Assembly: GCA_018969845.1 (NCBI GenBank)
Contig: JAGWXP010000001.1
Span: 1-54,638 of the forward strand
Source: Lysobacteraceae bacterium
Lineage (GTDB): Bacteria > Pseudomonadota > Gammaproteobacteria > Xanthomonadales > Rhodanobacteraceae
Reading direction: 5' to 3'
DNA length: 54,638 nucleotides
This document shows, piece by piece, positions 20,469 to 29,883 of the stretch (the stretch's first letter is position 1; every line of letters begins with the position of its first letter). The notes beneath the pieces are model-generated. The model was not told the origin of the DNA and made no database searches. It saw only the letters and a program-made list of their open reading frames with translations. Made by a program: the position numbers and the translations under genes.

Positions 20469-20686
20469 CTCGATCTGCTCGATGCCTATGAGACGACCGA
20501 AGGCGGCGGAACGAACGGGCATGACGCACTGCACCGTTTGGAACAACTCAGGCGCGCGGCAAATACGGATCTGATGCGCAAGGACCTCCCGTCGCTGCTG
20601 ACCGAATCATCCGACGCATAGACGTAGAAAGCGTTCCCGGACGCGGAACGGTTTTTACCCTTTGGCTGCCGGTTTCGGCGCGCTGA
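20469..20686 (+). pseudogene. Internally deleted histidine kinase relic
   Basis: LDLLDAYE...LEQLRRAANTDLMRKDLPSLLTESSD (cf. RIRRDAEIDFLSTDAPQLISESREG in the intact kinase) is joined out of frame to RIDVESVPGRGTVFTLWLPV* (cf. NIEVTSVPRQGTLMRVELPV). Confidence 0.72.
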
Positions 20687-20755
20687 AGCTGGCGCGGCGA
20701 CCGCGCGCAACCGGTTCGTCCCGCCTCCTTTGGAAACGAGGTCGACCAAGATCGG

Positions 20756-20785
20756 TTGAACAAACCCGCGGTATCGCCATATACT
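20756..20785 (+). promoter_or_regulatory. sigma70 promoter of ssrA
   Basis: TTGAAC-18 nt-TATACT just upstream of the tmRNA. Confidence 0.6.
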
Positions 20786-20808
20786 GGCGACAAGGAGTTT
20801 TCCATCCC

Positions 20809-21163
20809 GGGGGCGACATGGCTTCGACGGGGATATCGAAATCGCCTGGTGCATGCCGAGGGGGCAGCTTTCCTCGTTAATCCAGCGGCAAAACTTTAGT
20901 TGCCAACGACGACAACTACGCTCTGGCCGCTTAAGGCCTAAGCCCCGAACCGGTTTGTGTCCGTGCTCGCCGGTGTAGGGTCATCATCACGGAATCGCCG
21001 CTGACCGTCGCCGGTCGATCATCGGCTAACTCTCAACCGGCTGGTTCCGCGGTGCGCTTGGCACGCTGTGTTGCCGCGGGATGAGATGAAACAGCGCGCT
21101 ACGCATGTAGAACCGGGGACGTAGGATCTTCGGACGGGGGTTCGATTCCCCCCGCCTCCACCA
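20809..21163 (+). ncRNA. ssrA: tmRNA
   Basis: Acceptor stem GGGGGCG/CGCCTCC-ACCA with a G3-U pair, T-arm GGGGG-TTCGATT-CCCCC, and tag reading frame 20902-20934 encoding ANDDNYALAA*. Confidence 0.97.
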
Positions 21164-21179
21164 AATTGAAGTGTGGGAC

Positions 21180-21896
21180 ATGGCTGCACAGGTCATCGAC
21201 GCAAATGCCCCGCCGCTGTTCGATCCGGCCAGGCTCGACCGCGCCGGCACGCAGGTGCGCAGCGAACCGTTTCATTTCCTGGTCGCAGGCGGCCAGTTGC
21301 CCGCGGCTGCGGCGGCTGTATTGCGCGAGGATTTTCCGAATTACGCCGGCGCCGGTTTCTTTCCCTGGGACGCGGCCGATTGCGGACCGAGCATCAATCG
21401 TCTGGTTGAGGATCTGACAAATCCGGCGGTCGCCACCGCAGTCGGCGTGCACCTCGGGATAGAAAACCTCGGCCAATATCCAACTCTGGTCACCTTGTGC
21501 CGGTCGCTGAACAAGCGCCACGGCACGATCCATACCGACAGCCGCTCCAAGGTCGCCACCGCCCTGCTCTATCTCAACGAATCCTGGCCCGATGGCAGCG
21601 ACGGCTGCCTGCGCTTTCTCAACCGCATAGACGCCATCGACGATCTGGCCGCGCCGGAGATCAAGCCGCTATACGGAAATTTTGTGGTGTTCCGGCGCGC
21701 GGACAATTCCTTCCACGGCCACCTGCCTTTTGAGGGCGAGCGCCGGGTGATCCAGGTGGCGTGGCTGACCAGCGAGGATGAGAAGCTGCGCAAGACCCGG
21801 CGCGGAAAGCTTTCGCGCCTGTTCAAGAAACTGCTTGGCGGACTCGACAGGCGCTACGGTGCGCGGCGCGGCAGAAATGCCGCGCACCCCAAGTAG
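21180..21896 (+). CDS. 2OG-Fe(II) oxygenase-family protein
   Basis: HxD (IHTD), distal His (SFHGH), Arg in ERRVIQ, LLYLN strand. Confidence 0.8.
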   Translation: MAAQVIDANAPPLFDPARLDRAGTQVRSEPFHFLVAGGQLPAAAAAVLREDFPNYAGAGFFPWDAADCGPSINRLVEDLTNPAVATAVGVHLGIENLGQYPTLVTLCRSLNKRHGTIHTDSRSKVATALLYLNESWPDGSDGCLRFLNRIDAIDDLAAPEIKPLYGNFVVFRRADNSFHGHLPFEGERRVIQVAWLTSEDEKLRKTRRGKLSRLFKKLLGGLDRRYGARRGRNAAHPK

Positions 21897-21903
21897 TCAA
21901 ACC

Positions 21904-22338
21904 TTACCAGCAATTGCCGTTGCTGTTCTGCGGCATCGCAGTGGGCCCTGGAATCTGCTGCCCGGTATTGGTGAGTGACAGGGCTCCGCATTGATCGGAC
22001 GCCTGCGGTCCAACGGGTGTGGCTATGAGCGTATATGTTTGATTTGCGGATGCCACAAACGCCGCCGCGGTGTAATACCCTTTTGGTGACGTCACCGATG
22101 AAAAGCCGAGTCCGGTGGGCGCTGCCCCGGTAATACTCGTCGTGTAATTGTTGAAATTCGTGTAGTACCGTTCCTCGGCGGCTGCGAGATTTTGCAGCAG
22201 ACTTTGACCGTCGGAACGCCGCGCCCGGAATGCATAACGGCTGTAGTTAAAATACGCCAGGGATGCCAGGACAGCTATCACCACGACCACAATCATCAAT
22301 TCGAGCAAGGTGAATCCAGCGGGCCGCTTTCTACGCAT
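21904..22338 (-). CDS. pilE: Type IV minor pilin PilE
   Basis: Prepilin motif G|FTLLELMIVV, ARRSDG, C-terminal Cys pair ending NCW. Confidence 0.9.
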   Translation of the reverse strand: MRRKRPAGFTLLELMIVVVVIAVLASLAYFNYSRYAFRARRSDGQSLLQNLAAAEERYYTNFNNYTTSITGAAPTGLGFSSVTSPKGYYTAAAFVASANQTYTLIATPVGPQASDQCGALSLTNTGQQIPGPTAMPQNSNGNCW

Positions 22339-22373
22339 CGCATTCTCCCGGTTCGCCATCTTTATTTTCAGCA

Positions 22374-25300
22374 TCACAACTGATTCAACAATTCACGCCA
22401 CGAACGGCGATGCCAGAAGCTGTCGGAGATAGTGAACCCCGGCATGCCCGGAATCAGCACAATACCTCCGCCGAGCGGCGTAATGACGGGCGTGCCATTG
22501 CCAGCGATCGGCGGATTGGCCACGATGCTTCCGACGATCCCGCTGCCATTGGGCGGCGTATAGCCACCACCGTTGACCGGCGGAGTGCCAGAAGGAGCAC
22601 CTCCCGTCACCGCGTCTACCACCATCACTGCTCCAGTCAGACCGGGTTGGCAGGGGTTGTTGTTCGATGGGATTAATGTGGTCAAGAGCACCTCTCCGGC
22701 GCTGTACAAAGGCGTACCAGTCACCACGTCGCGCTCGCCGGAGTCGACCATGTTAAAGGTCCATCCGGGTGCTATGGTACTCGCGCCTTTGGAAGAACAG
22801 CCAGTAACGCCACATTGAGTAAGGGCACGAATTCCGTTGCTCTCCGACAGGGTCTGCACTACAAGACTGCCCGCTGAGATCGGGTACTTGCTCGACCCAG
22901 TGCCGTAGTCGCGGATCCCGTAGAACGCTTGCGTCGGGGCACTGGTAGATACATTGTCCGTCGATGCTAAGTACTTGCCGGTTCCGAAAATCCAGATTGG
23001 ATTGCCCCCGTTGTTCGGGTCGGAAAAAGCGTTGGGCTCGACCGTAATCGGTTGCTGGGTGGGAGATGTGCGCGAGGAACCAGACGGCACCGGGGTCTGG
23101 AACATCTTGTCGATCTTCCAGTTACTCGCATTCGGGTCGGACAGATCGAACCGCCACAGATTGCCCATCAAATCGCCCGCGGCGGCAATCATTCCAACAT
23201 TGTTGCTGCCGCCCCAAACAGTCGGTGTGGTCAATCCGAAGGCGGTCGAGTCAATGCTGCTGGTTTTCAATTCCGCGATGAAGGCGCCGGTTTGAGCATC
23301 CAGCACGAACATCGACTCGTTCGTCGTCGCAGGGTCGGTGGACGGAGAACCAGTCGGCATGTAGCCGCTCGGCAGCAATACGACCCATTTGCCGCCGCTG
23401 TAATTGAGACGGACGATGTCCGGTTTGCCGTAGGTATAGCCAAGATCCGCCATATTCGGCGAATTGTTGCTGATGTCCCAGAGCACGGTCGGAGAAGTGC
23501 CATTAGTGATGTCCAGCGCGAATGCGCCACGGCCGCCCAAGCGCAACGTACCGACAAGGATTGTGTGCCATTGATTATCGCTGGTGAAGAACACGTCCTG
23601 GGTGCTGAAATTGCCGTCCACCGTGGGTACCAGGCCACCCGTGGAATTAGCGTATGCCGTGACGGCTCCGTTCTGGATTACGGTCTGCGGCACATAAGCC
23701 CACTGCTCCACGCCGCCACCCGGGGTTACGCTGACGGTACCGTTGCTCGATACCGTGACACCGCCCGCAGAAAAAGCGTGCAGCATGCCGTCGTTGGCCG
23801 CGGCGTAAACGATCGGAGGACGACCGTTCACGGCTTTGACGAACGCGGAATACAGCTGCGCCCCACTGGCCATTTCCGGCGAACCGGATGGCCAACTGTC
23901 CGCATAGTTGCCGCCGGGAGAGCCGACATATTGCGGCTGCGCATCGATGATGGCACCGAGCAGCGAACTGCGCGAGCGGAATTGCGGCGGCGAGGTCGCG
24001 GTTTCGTATGTGCGATTTCCATCCAGCCAGTCCACGCGCTGCGGGCCATATCCGTCCCCGCCGGTGCAGGTGGTGGTTGAGGCAGTCCAAGTGCCGTTGT
24101 TCAAGGCGCACTGGTCCGCCGGGTTAAGGCTGGAGAAGGTCGTTTTCGAAAATGCTTGCGTCGGCGTCGAAGCGCTTACGTAAGTGTAAATGTTGCGGCT
24201 TGTGTACGGGGTAGGCTGTTGCGACGTGTTAATCGTCGCCGTGGTCGTGCACGAAGGCATGGTGCTCCCCGTGCCGGTTCCGGTGAGAATGCAGCCGGCA
24301 TCGAGCACCGCTGGCGGAATGGATTGCCCGGTAGTCGGATTGATCGCGTATTCCGGCAGGTTGCCGGACCAGTCGGAGTTGTAGCCGCCGGAAAATCCGG
24401 CAGTACTCGCCGTGGCCACGGAAATGGACGTGGTCAAGGCGACCGAGGTGCCCGCGCGCGCATTGATATTGGCCAGAAATCGCACCAACGCCTTGATCAG
24501 GGCCTGCGGGTCGCCCGCACTGAAGAATTCGCCGCGACCGGCCAATCCGGCGTGCCAAGTATCGTCCACATTGGCGGCGATACCCCCACCTTGACCATTG
24601 GGTGTGGGCCATCCGACACTTCCCGAAGAATTGGTCTGGCCTTGGCGCAGCAGACAGGCATCCTGCTTCGCACCACTCGTGGTGTTCGTGCAATCGGTAT
24701 TCTGGGAAATGTTCAACTGGCCGTTGACGCCGAGGCCCACCAGGAACTCATCCATGTGCGGCCAGGTTGCCGAATCGTTGAACGGGTTGAAATAGATTTC
24801 GGGATTGACATTCGTCTGCGGCACCGTGGAGCCCACAGTGCCGGTCAGGTTGAATACCCCAGTATTTTGATCCGGCATATAGGGCGCCACAATCTGCGGC
24901 GGATTCGCGGTCGGGTTGTACAAATCCGGCCGCAAATTCATCGCCCAGAAATTGAACGCGATATCGGAAAGCGACGCGTAGCCGCTATCGCCGCCGTCAT
25001 GTACGGGTTGGTAAATCGAGGTGACGCCCGTGGTAGAGGGCGATGGAAATTTCACGCCATCCGGCAAGGTCAGGCCCGAAGCCGGCAACGTCAGACTGGA
25101 ATATGACGGGCCGTTTGCGCCGCCGTTCCACAAACCGTCGGTCACCAGCATGTGGTAGTTCTGCCGGCAGTACAGTTCGTTACCAGATCCCGTCCCAGAT
25201 ATCGGCGGTTGCCAATAGGGGTCCGTCAAATTGCCCGTGGCTCCAGTGTTACCGAAGCCGCGCTTGAAGAAGATACCGGCACGATTGACCGTGCTTCGGG

Positions 25301-26576
25301 TTGGGGTTCCACCACTCGCGGGAACCTGGAAAATCCAGTTGTAAAACGCACTACGGTAACAATTCGGCGGCGTGGTGATGGTGCCGGATTGCTGAATCGT
25401 GACTGGGTTTGCAGTTGCGCTGGATGTGCATGCTGATGTATCGATCAACTCGGAAATGATCGCATTGCTCGGCAACTGATAATTACTGCTATTCAAATTT
25501 TGCCAAGCAACACGCTGGTTGCCGCCATAGCCACTGTTGGCAGTGGTTCCGACCAACCCGGGATCGCCAAACACGCGCGACATCGCCGTACGCGCCATCT
25601 GGTTGCGGGTGCGGTAATACGCGTACCAATTGGCGAAATTCTGGTACTGGCTGGCGGGCACTGGCACGGCTTCCCAATTGCTAGTGTTGTACAGGGTATG
25701 CAAGCCGTCGCAATTGGCAGTGCCGCATCCCAGGTTGGTTGGAATGCCGAATTTATCCACGGCCACGGTGACTGTTGCCTTCAGTCGATAGTAATAAGGA
25801 CCGCCGATCGGGTAGGTCACGACGGTGCCGTCGCTCAGGGTGTGCGACGCGCCATCCATCGGGCTGGCCCCGTTCCACAAGTCGCCGCCACCGCCACCAT
25901 TGGCCACTCCGGTACCGCATTTCCAGCGGTTGTCGGTGGTGCTCGTTTTGGTTCCATTCAATTTGCTGATGGCTCCCGGAAAATTCACGTTGGATCCGCT
26001 GGAGTTGTAGGCACGGTCCAAATCCGGGTTGTTGTTGTAACGGGCCGTGCTGTCCACCGTTGCCGGACTCATGGGACGGTTGACGGCGATGCCGTCAACC
26101 CAAACTGCATTCAGCGTGGCGTCGGCATTCGGAAATGTCTTGCCGCTGGCGTAGAGCGGCGGGTTGTATTTGATATTCGGGTTGTAGTAAACGCCGTTCA
26201 TCGGTTGACTGCGCAAATCCACGCCGGGTAACAGATTATCGGCGTCGATCACATTCGCACAACGCCAAGGACCGCCTCCGGATCCGGTCGTGCTGGTGTT
26301 GTTGCTGCCATCTCCCCAGTCCATGCTGCTGTATAAAAGGTTGCCGTTGTTGTCCGTCGTCCAAGGCGGATCGTCGTTGACGCGGCTGGACTGCATCGAA
26401 CCGGAATCGTCGAAGGTGAACACGATATTCGGCGGCACCGACGTCGTCAGATTGGGTGGAGTCGCGCCGAGTTGTACTGTGCCGGCAAACGCCGGATTGC
26501 CTATGCCGGCCAACATCGTGGCAACAGCAGCGGCGACGGCAAGGAAGACGCGCTGATTCATCGTGCGAACGCGCAT
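22374..26576 (-). CDS. pilY1: Type IV pilus tip adhesin PilY1/PilC (~1400 aa)
   Basis: Signal peptide, vWA MIDAS-like DDSGS, NFANWYAYYRTR, ANDGMLHAF, AGDLMGNLWRFDL, C-terminal RRSWREL. Start may be 26561. Confidence 0.92.
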   Translation of the reverse strand: MRVRTMNQRVFLAVAAAVATMLAGIGNPAFAGTVQLGATPPNLTTSVPPNIVFTFDDSGSMQSSRVNDDPPWTTDNNGNLLYSSMDWGDGSNNTSTTGSGGGPWRCANVIDADNLLPGVDLRSQPMNGVYYNPNIKYNPPLYASGKTFPNADATLNAVWVDGIAVNRPMSPATVDSTARYNNNPDLDRAYNSSGSNVNFPGAISKLNGTKTSTTDNRWKCGTGVANGGGGGDLWNGASPMDGASHTLSDGTVVTYPIGGPYYYRLKATVTVAVDKFGIPTNLGCGTANCDGLHTLYNTSNWEAVPVPASQYQNFANWYAYYRTRNQMARTAMSRVFGDPGLVGTTANSGYGGNQRVAWQNLNSSNYQLPSNAIISELIDTSACTSSATANPVTIQQSGTITTPPNCYRSAFYNWIFQVPASGGTPTRSTVNRAGIFFKRGFGNTGATGNLTDPYWQPPISGTGSGNELYCRQNYHMLVTDGLWNGGANGPSYSSLTLPASGLTLPDGVKFPSPSTTGVTSIYQPVHDGGDSGYASLSDIAFNFWAMNLRPDLYNPTANPPQIVAPYMPDQNTGVFNLTGTVGSTVPQTNVNPEIYFNPFNDSATWPHMDEFLVGLGVNGQLNISQNTDCTNTTSGAKQDACLLRQGQTNSSGSVGWPTPNGQGGGIAANVDDTWHAGLAGRGEFFSAGDPQALIKALVRFLANINARAGTSVALTTSISVATASTAGFSGGYNSDWSGNLPEYAINPTTGQSIPPAVLDAGCILTGTGTGSTMPSCTTTATINTSQQPTPYTSRNIYTYVSASTPTQAFSKTTFSSLNPADQCALNNGTWTASTTTCTGGDGYGPQRVDWLDGNRTYETATSPPQFRSRSSLLGAIIDAQPQYVGSPGGNYADSWPSGSPEMASGAQLYSAFVKAVNGRPPIVYAAANDGMLHAFSAGGVTVSSNGTVSVTPGGGVEQWAYVPQTVIQNGAVTAYANSTGGLVPTVDGNFSTQDVFFTSDNQWHTILVGTLRLGGRGAFALDITNGTSPTVLWDISNNSPNMADLGYTYGKPDIVRLNYSGGKWVVLLPSGYMPTGSPSTDPATTNESMFVLDAQTGAFIAELKTSSIDSTAFGLTTPTVWGGSNNVGMIAAAGDLMGNLWRFDLSDPNASNWKIDKMFQTPVPSGSSRTSPTQQPITVEPNAFSDPNNGGNPIWIFGTGKYLASTDNVSTSAPTQAFYGIRDYGTGSSKYPISAGSLVVQTLSESNGIRALTQCGVTGCSSKGASTIAPGWTFNMVDSGERDVVTGTPLYSAGEVLLTTLIPSNNNPCQPGLTGAVMVVDAVTGGAPSGTPPVNGGGYTPPNGSGIVGSIVANPPIAGNGTPVITPLGGGIVLIPGMPGFTISDSFWHRRSWRELLNQL

Positions 26577-26588
26577 GGGAGGCGCTCC

Positions 26589-27239
26589 TCAATACTGGGC
26601 CAGAACGGCCGCAAAGGTGGACTGCACGACGCGCACGGTATTGGTCGAACCGCCGGCGCCGCGCGCGGTGATGGTGTAGATGTACTTGGTCATGTTGTTG
26701 TTGCCGCCGTTCTGCTGCTGATTGGAGCCGACAACTTGGCCGGAACTACCCGGCGGCAAATCCGGGCCGATCAGCCTGATCAGATATTGCGGCTGCGCGG
26801 CCAGCGAGGCCGATTGCGCGGCGCCGCTGAGCCCGGTCAGACTGGGTGCATACGCAGTACCGCCATCGCTGCCGGTCGAAGTCCAGGTCGTGGCGGTGTC
26901 GAACGTGGCGGTCGATGCCGCGTAATTGCCGGTTTGATCGGGCGCATAACAGCCGCCGCTGCCATCCGAACTGCAGTACAATGTGAGTTTGTTGGCCGAT
27001 GCGGAGGTCTGGGGAGCGAGCCAGATGTTGAACTCGGCTCCGCGCAATGCGCTTTCCGATCCCATCAGAGCCATTTGCGCGCTGCGCATTCCGCCGGTCA
27101 TGCGTTCCTGCATGACTGAAGTTCCGGACGCGGTTAGGCCAAGCAGGGTCAGCAGCACCAGGAAGATGAGGGCGACGAAAAGCACGGCGCCGCGCTGGGC
27201 ACGTAAAGCGGAGGGCTGGGGAGTCTGTTTCACAATCAT
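26589..27239 (-). CDS. pilX: Type IV minor pilin PilX
   Basis: QRG|AVLFVALIFLVLLTLLG (no Glu5), ERMTG, AESALR-like segment, YTITARG. Confidence 0.9.
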   Translation of the reverse strand: MIVKQTPQPSALRAQRGAVLFVALIFLVLLTLLGLTASGTSVMQERMTGGMRSAQMALMGSESALRGAEFNIWLAPQTSASANKLTLYCSSDGSGGCYAPDQTGNYAASTATFDTATTWTSTGSDGGTAYAPSLTGLSGAAQSASLAAQPQYLIRLIGPDLPPGSSGQVVGSNQQQNGGNNNMTKYIYTITARGAGGSTNTVRVVQSTFAAVLAQY

Positions 27240-27255
27240 GGGAGCACTCCTGGAA

Positions 27256-28620
27256 CTAAAGCACGGCATTGCGAACGCCGATCAAACTGACGAACTCGCG
27301 GCGCATCATCTGCCCGGGCATGCCGTTGAAGTCCGTGCTGGCAGGAATCTTGTAATTGCTCTGCTTGCTGCAATCGACCGTGGCCAAGCTGGTCTGCGGA
27401 TCGATGCTGTAGCAATACGGCGTATCATTGGCACTGATCGCATAGAGGTTGTTGATAGTGTCGAGCATCATGTGCACCTCGATCGATCTCACGGCACGCC
27501 ACAGGCAGCCGGTTTGATCGGGATAAGGCGTACCGCCATTCTGGAATTGTGCCGGCCCTGCCGGGCACGTGATGGCTCCGCCGTTCCGATCGTCGACCTT
27601 ATCGGCAGTGAGATAGGTAACTGCTCCGTTGTTGTCGTTGACGCCGTAAAGGAAATCCAGCCTGTCAACGCCCTGTACTACAACGTCTTCGCTGCCTCCT
27701 TTGGCGGACCCGCCATTGAAGCGACGGATCAGATCCGGAATCACACGACCAGCGGGTGCGTCGGGGCTCGGGTCGGCGTCGTAGCGCAAATAGTAAGTAA
27801 CGGTGACGAAATCTTTGGAAAAATTATAGACATGCGTCGAGTTCAGGGGCCAAGTCCCGCATTGAGTTGCATTGTTCCCGGTCAATCCGTTCAATGTCGC
27901 CGTGAGTGTGTTGCCCGAGACGCTGATGTTTGCATTGGTGGCCTCGGGGTTGTTGCAAACGCCGATAAAAAGTCGGTCATTGGTACCAAAATTGAACGCA
28001 GGATCTGAACTGCTGCGAGTGGCGGTTACGGTACAGGAAGTACTGCTTACCGGGACCACCGCGGTTACCGGCCAGCCGGTGCCTTGCAGATAGCGCAGGG
28101 TGATCGCATCGCTGCCGGGTACCCGCAACCCGGCGGTGATTCCCTGTTTGGGCAGGAAGCTCGGATCAGTCACACAGGTGGTCCCGCCCTTATCGCACTC
28201 GTAGCCTTGCAAATTGATGCTGGGACTGAGCGGATATGCGTTGTTGTTGCCAGGCGGCCAGCCCGCGGGCGGGCCAGCCAAGTTCCCGTTTGAATCCGGC
28301 AGGAACAAGCTGGAGAAATAAATAAAAGTGGCTACCGGTGAATCCACTGCACCGTTGGGGGTCAGCGTTGCCCGTCCGCCCGAACTGCTGCAAAAAGGCG
28401 CGTCGACCATACGCAAATCGGCATTCACTCGGGTCACGGCAAAACGGCCGTTCTCCTGCAACAACGCCAAGGCGTTTTGCACCTTGTTGGCGCTACTCGT
28501 AGTGCCGAACAGCGATACCAGGCCGATGCTGACCAAAATGCCAAGCAGCATGGCAACCATGAGCTCGATAAGGCTGAAGCCGCCCAGACGATGACGAATT
28601 ACCGTGTGTGTAGAGATCAT
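27256..28620 (-). CDS. pilW: Type IV minor pilin PilW
   Basis: G|FSLIELMVAMLLG, LQENGRFA, GVDRLDFLYG, C-terminal IGVRN. Confidence 0.9.
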   Translation of the reverse strand: MISTHTVIRHRLGGFSLIELMVAMLLGILVSIGLVSLFGTTSSANKVQNALALLQENGRFAVTRVNADLRMVDAPFCSSSGGRATLTPNGAVDSPVATFIYFSSLFLPDSNGNLAGPPAGWPPGNNNAYPLSPSINLQGYECDKGGTTCVTDPSFLPKQGITAGLRVPGSDAITLRYLQGTGWPVTAVVPVSSTSCTVTATRSSSDPAFNFGTNDRLFIGVCNNPEATNANISVSGNTLTATLNGLTGNNATQCGTWPLNSTHVYNFSKDFVTVTYYLRYDADPSPDAPAGRVIPDLIRRFNGGSAKGGSEDVVVQGVDRLDFLYGVNDNNGAVTYLTADKVDDRNGGAITCPAGPAQFQNGGTPYPDQTGCLWRAVRSIEVHMMLDTINNLYAISANDTPYCYSIDPQTSLATVDCSKQSNYKIPASTDFNGMPGQMMRREFVSLIGVRNAVL

Positions 28621-29135
28621 GGCTGAAAAACCCAGGAAAGCGTTTCGGTATTCGGGGTGCCCACCACCGCCAGCGTTGACTCGTTCCAGTTGATCGTGAT
28701 CGTGCACTGGCCGCCATAGGGGGGGAGCATCTGGTATGCACTGGTCGGGATCGAAGGCGCTCCAGCGCAATTGATTGATTCGGTCGCGTTAGGCAGGAAG
28801 CGTGCGATTTGCGAAGTCCATACTCCGATGTCGCGCGTAGCTACCTGCCCATACGCACAACCGGTCGATGCGCCTTGGCAGGTTGCATCATTTCCAGCAG
28901 GCCCTGTCCAAACGCCATTGTACAAATCGGTCCAGAGCGCCCAACTCGCGTTGGCGCGCATGCGGTCGGCCATCGACTGTGCGAGGAAAGTCGCCTGGGT
29001 GCGCAAATAGGCACTGTGGTTGGTTCGTACCGACACCGCCAGCAAACCGGCCATGCCAAGCACGCCCAGACTGAAAATAAGCAAGGCTATCAACACTTCG
29101 AGAAGAGTGAACCCATGCGAAGGTGATTTGTGCAT
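28617..29135 (-). CDS. pilV: Type IV minor pilin PilV
   Basis: G|FTLLEVLIALLI, RTQATFLAQSMADRMRAN. Confidence 0.92.
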   Translation of the reverse strand: MHKSPSHGFTLLEVLIALLIFSLGVLGMAGLLAVSVRTNHSAYLRTQATFLAQSMADRMRANASWALWTDLYNGVWTGPAGNDATCQGASTGCAYGQVATRDIGVWTSQIARFLPNATESINCAGAPSIPTSAYQMLPPYGGQCTITINWNESTLAVVGTPNTETLSWVFQP

Positions 29136-29146
29136 TGGACTGTACC

Positions 29147-29758
29147 TCAGCACGATGGCGCAGGCGAACCGGCGGTGCCACGGTACGAAGTCGCGACACC
29201 CGATTGCTGGACGATTATGTGATTTTCCTGTGCCATGTTCCCGTCCGGGCGGCACACATTCAAGTCGACCTCGTTTGCACCAGCCAAGGAGCCGGAGGAA
29301 TCGAAAACGATCTGGCCGGCCGATGTGCAGGCACCGGTGCAGGCCGTCGTCGTCGCATTCGATGTCACGTTGTAATTGGGATCCAACGGGCCGAATGCTC
29401 TCACTTCATAAGCAGAACCGCCTGTGAAAACCACATTTGGTGGCGAAGCGGTATCCAGATTGCTGGCCTGCACGTACCAGCCGGAATTGCCCCAAGCGGC
29501 CGCACCCGTGCCGGTATTGGCAATCAGCGCAACCGGAATGCCGCGCTTGGCCGCCTCGGAGCGCGCCAAGTTGATTGCGATCATCAAATTGTTGGTATTC
29601 GACGTGACCTTCATGCGTATGCTCATCTCGCGAAAACTCGGTAACGCGAGCGCGAGCAGGATGAAAGCCACTAACAGGGTAATCATCAGCTCAACCAGCG
29701 TGAACCCGCTTGCGGAGCGGTAAGCGCCGGCTGACTGGAAACCGCGGTGCTCGGTCAT
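29147..29758 (-). CDS. fimT: FimT/FimU-family minor pilin
   Basis: G|FTLVELMITL, ALPSF, LARSEAAKRG; first gene of the pilVWXY1E operon. Confidence 0.85.
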   Translation of the reverse strand: MTEHRGFQSAGAYRSASGFTLVELMITLLVAFILLALALPSFREMSIRMKVTSNTNNLMIAINLARSEAAKRGIPVALIANTGTGAAAWGNSGWYVQASNLDTASPPNVVFTGGSAYEVRAFGPLDPNYNVTSNATTTACTGACTSAGQIVFDSSGSLAGANEVDLNVCRPDGNMAQENHIIVQQSGVATSYRGTAGSPAPSC

Positions 29759-29883
29759 GCTATCCCCGATGCCGATGGACGGTATTCGACGGCGTGCAGC
29801 CTAGCGCCTGCCCCGAGGCCGCTCAACGGCTTGCGGGCGCGAGGTAGGAATTGTCGGATAAGCGGCGGCGGAAGGCGCCGCTT

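Noticed and set aside
21140-29883. Integrative element at the ssrA 3' end carrying the pilin cassette
   Set aside because: No integrase and no duplicated tmRNA 3' end were found by eye; the cassette sits at its usual position after ispH.
29759-29883. AlgR/LytTR-type sites upstream of fimT
   Set aside because: Only loose CCGT-containing matches without consistent spacing.
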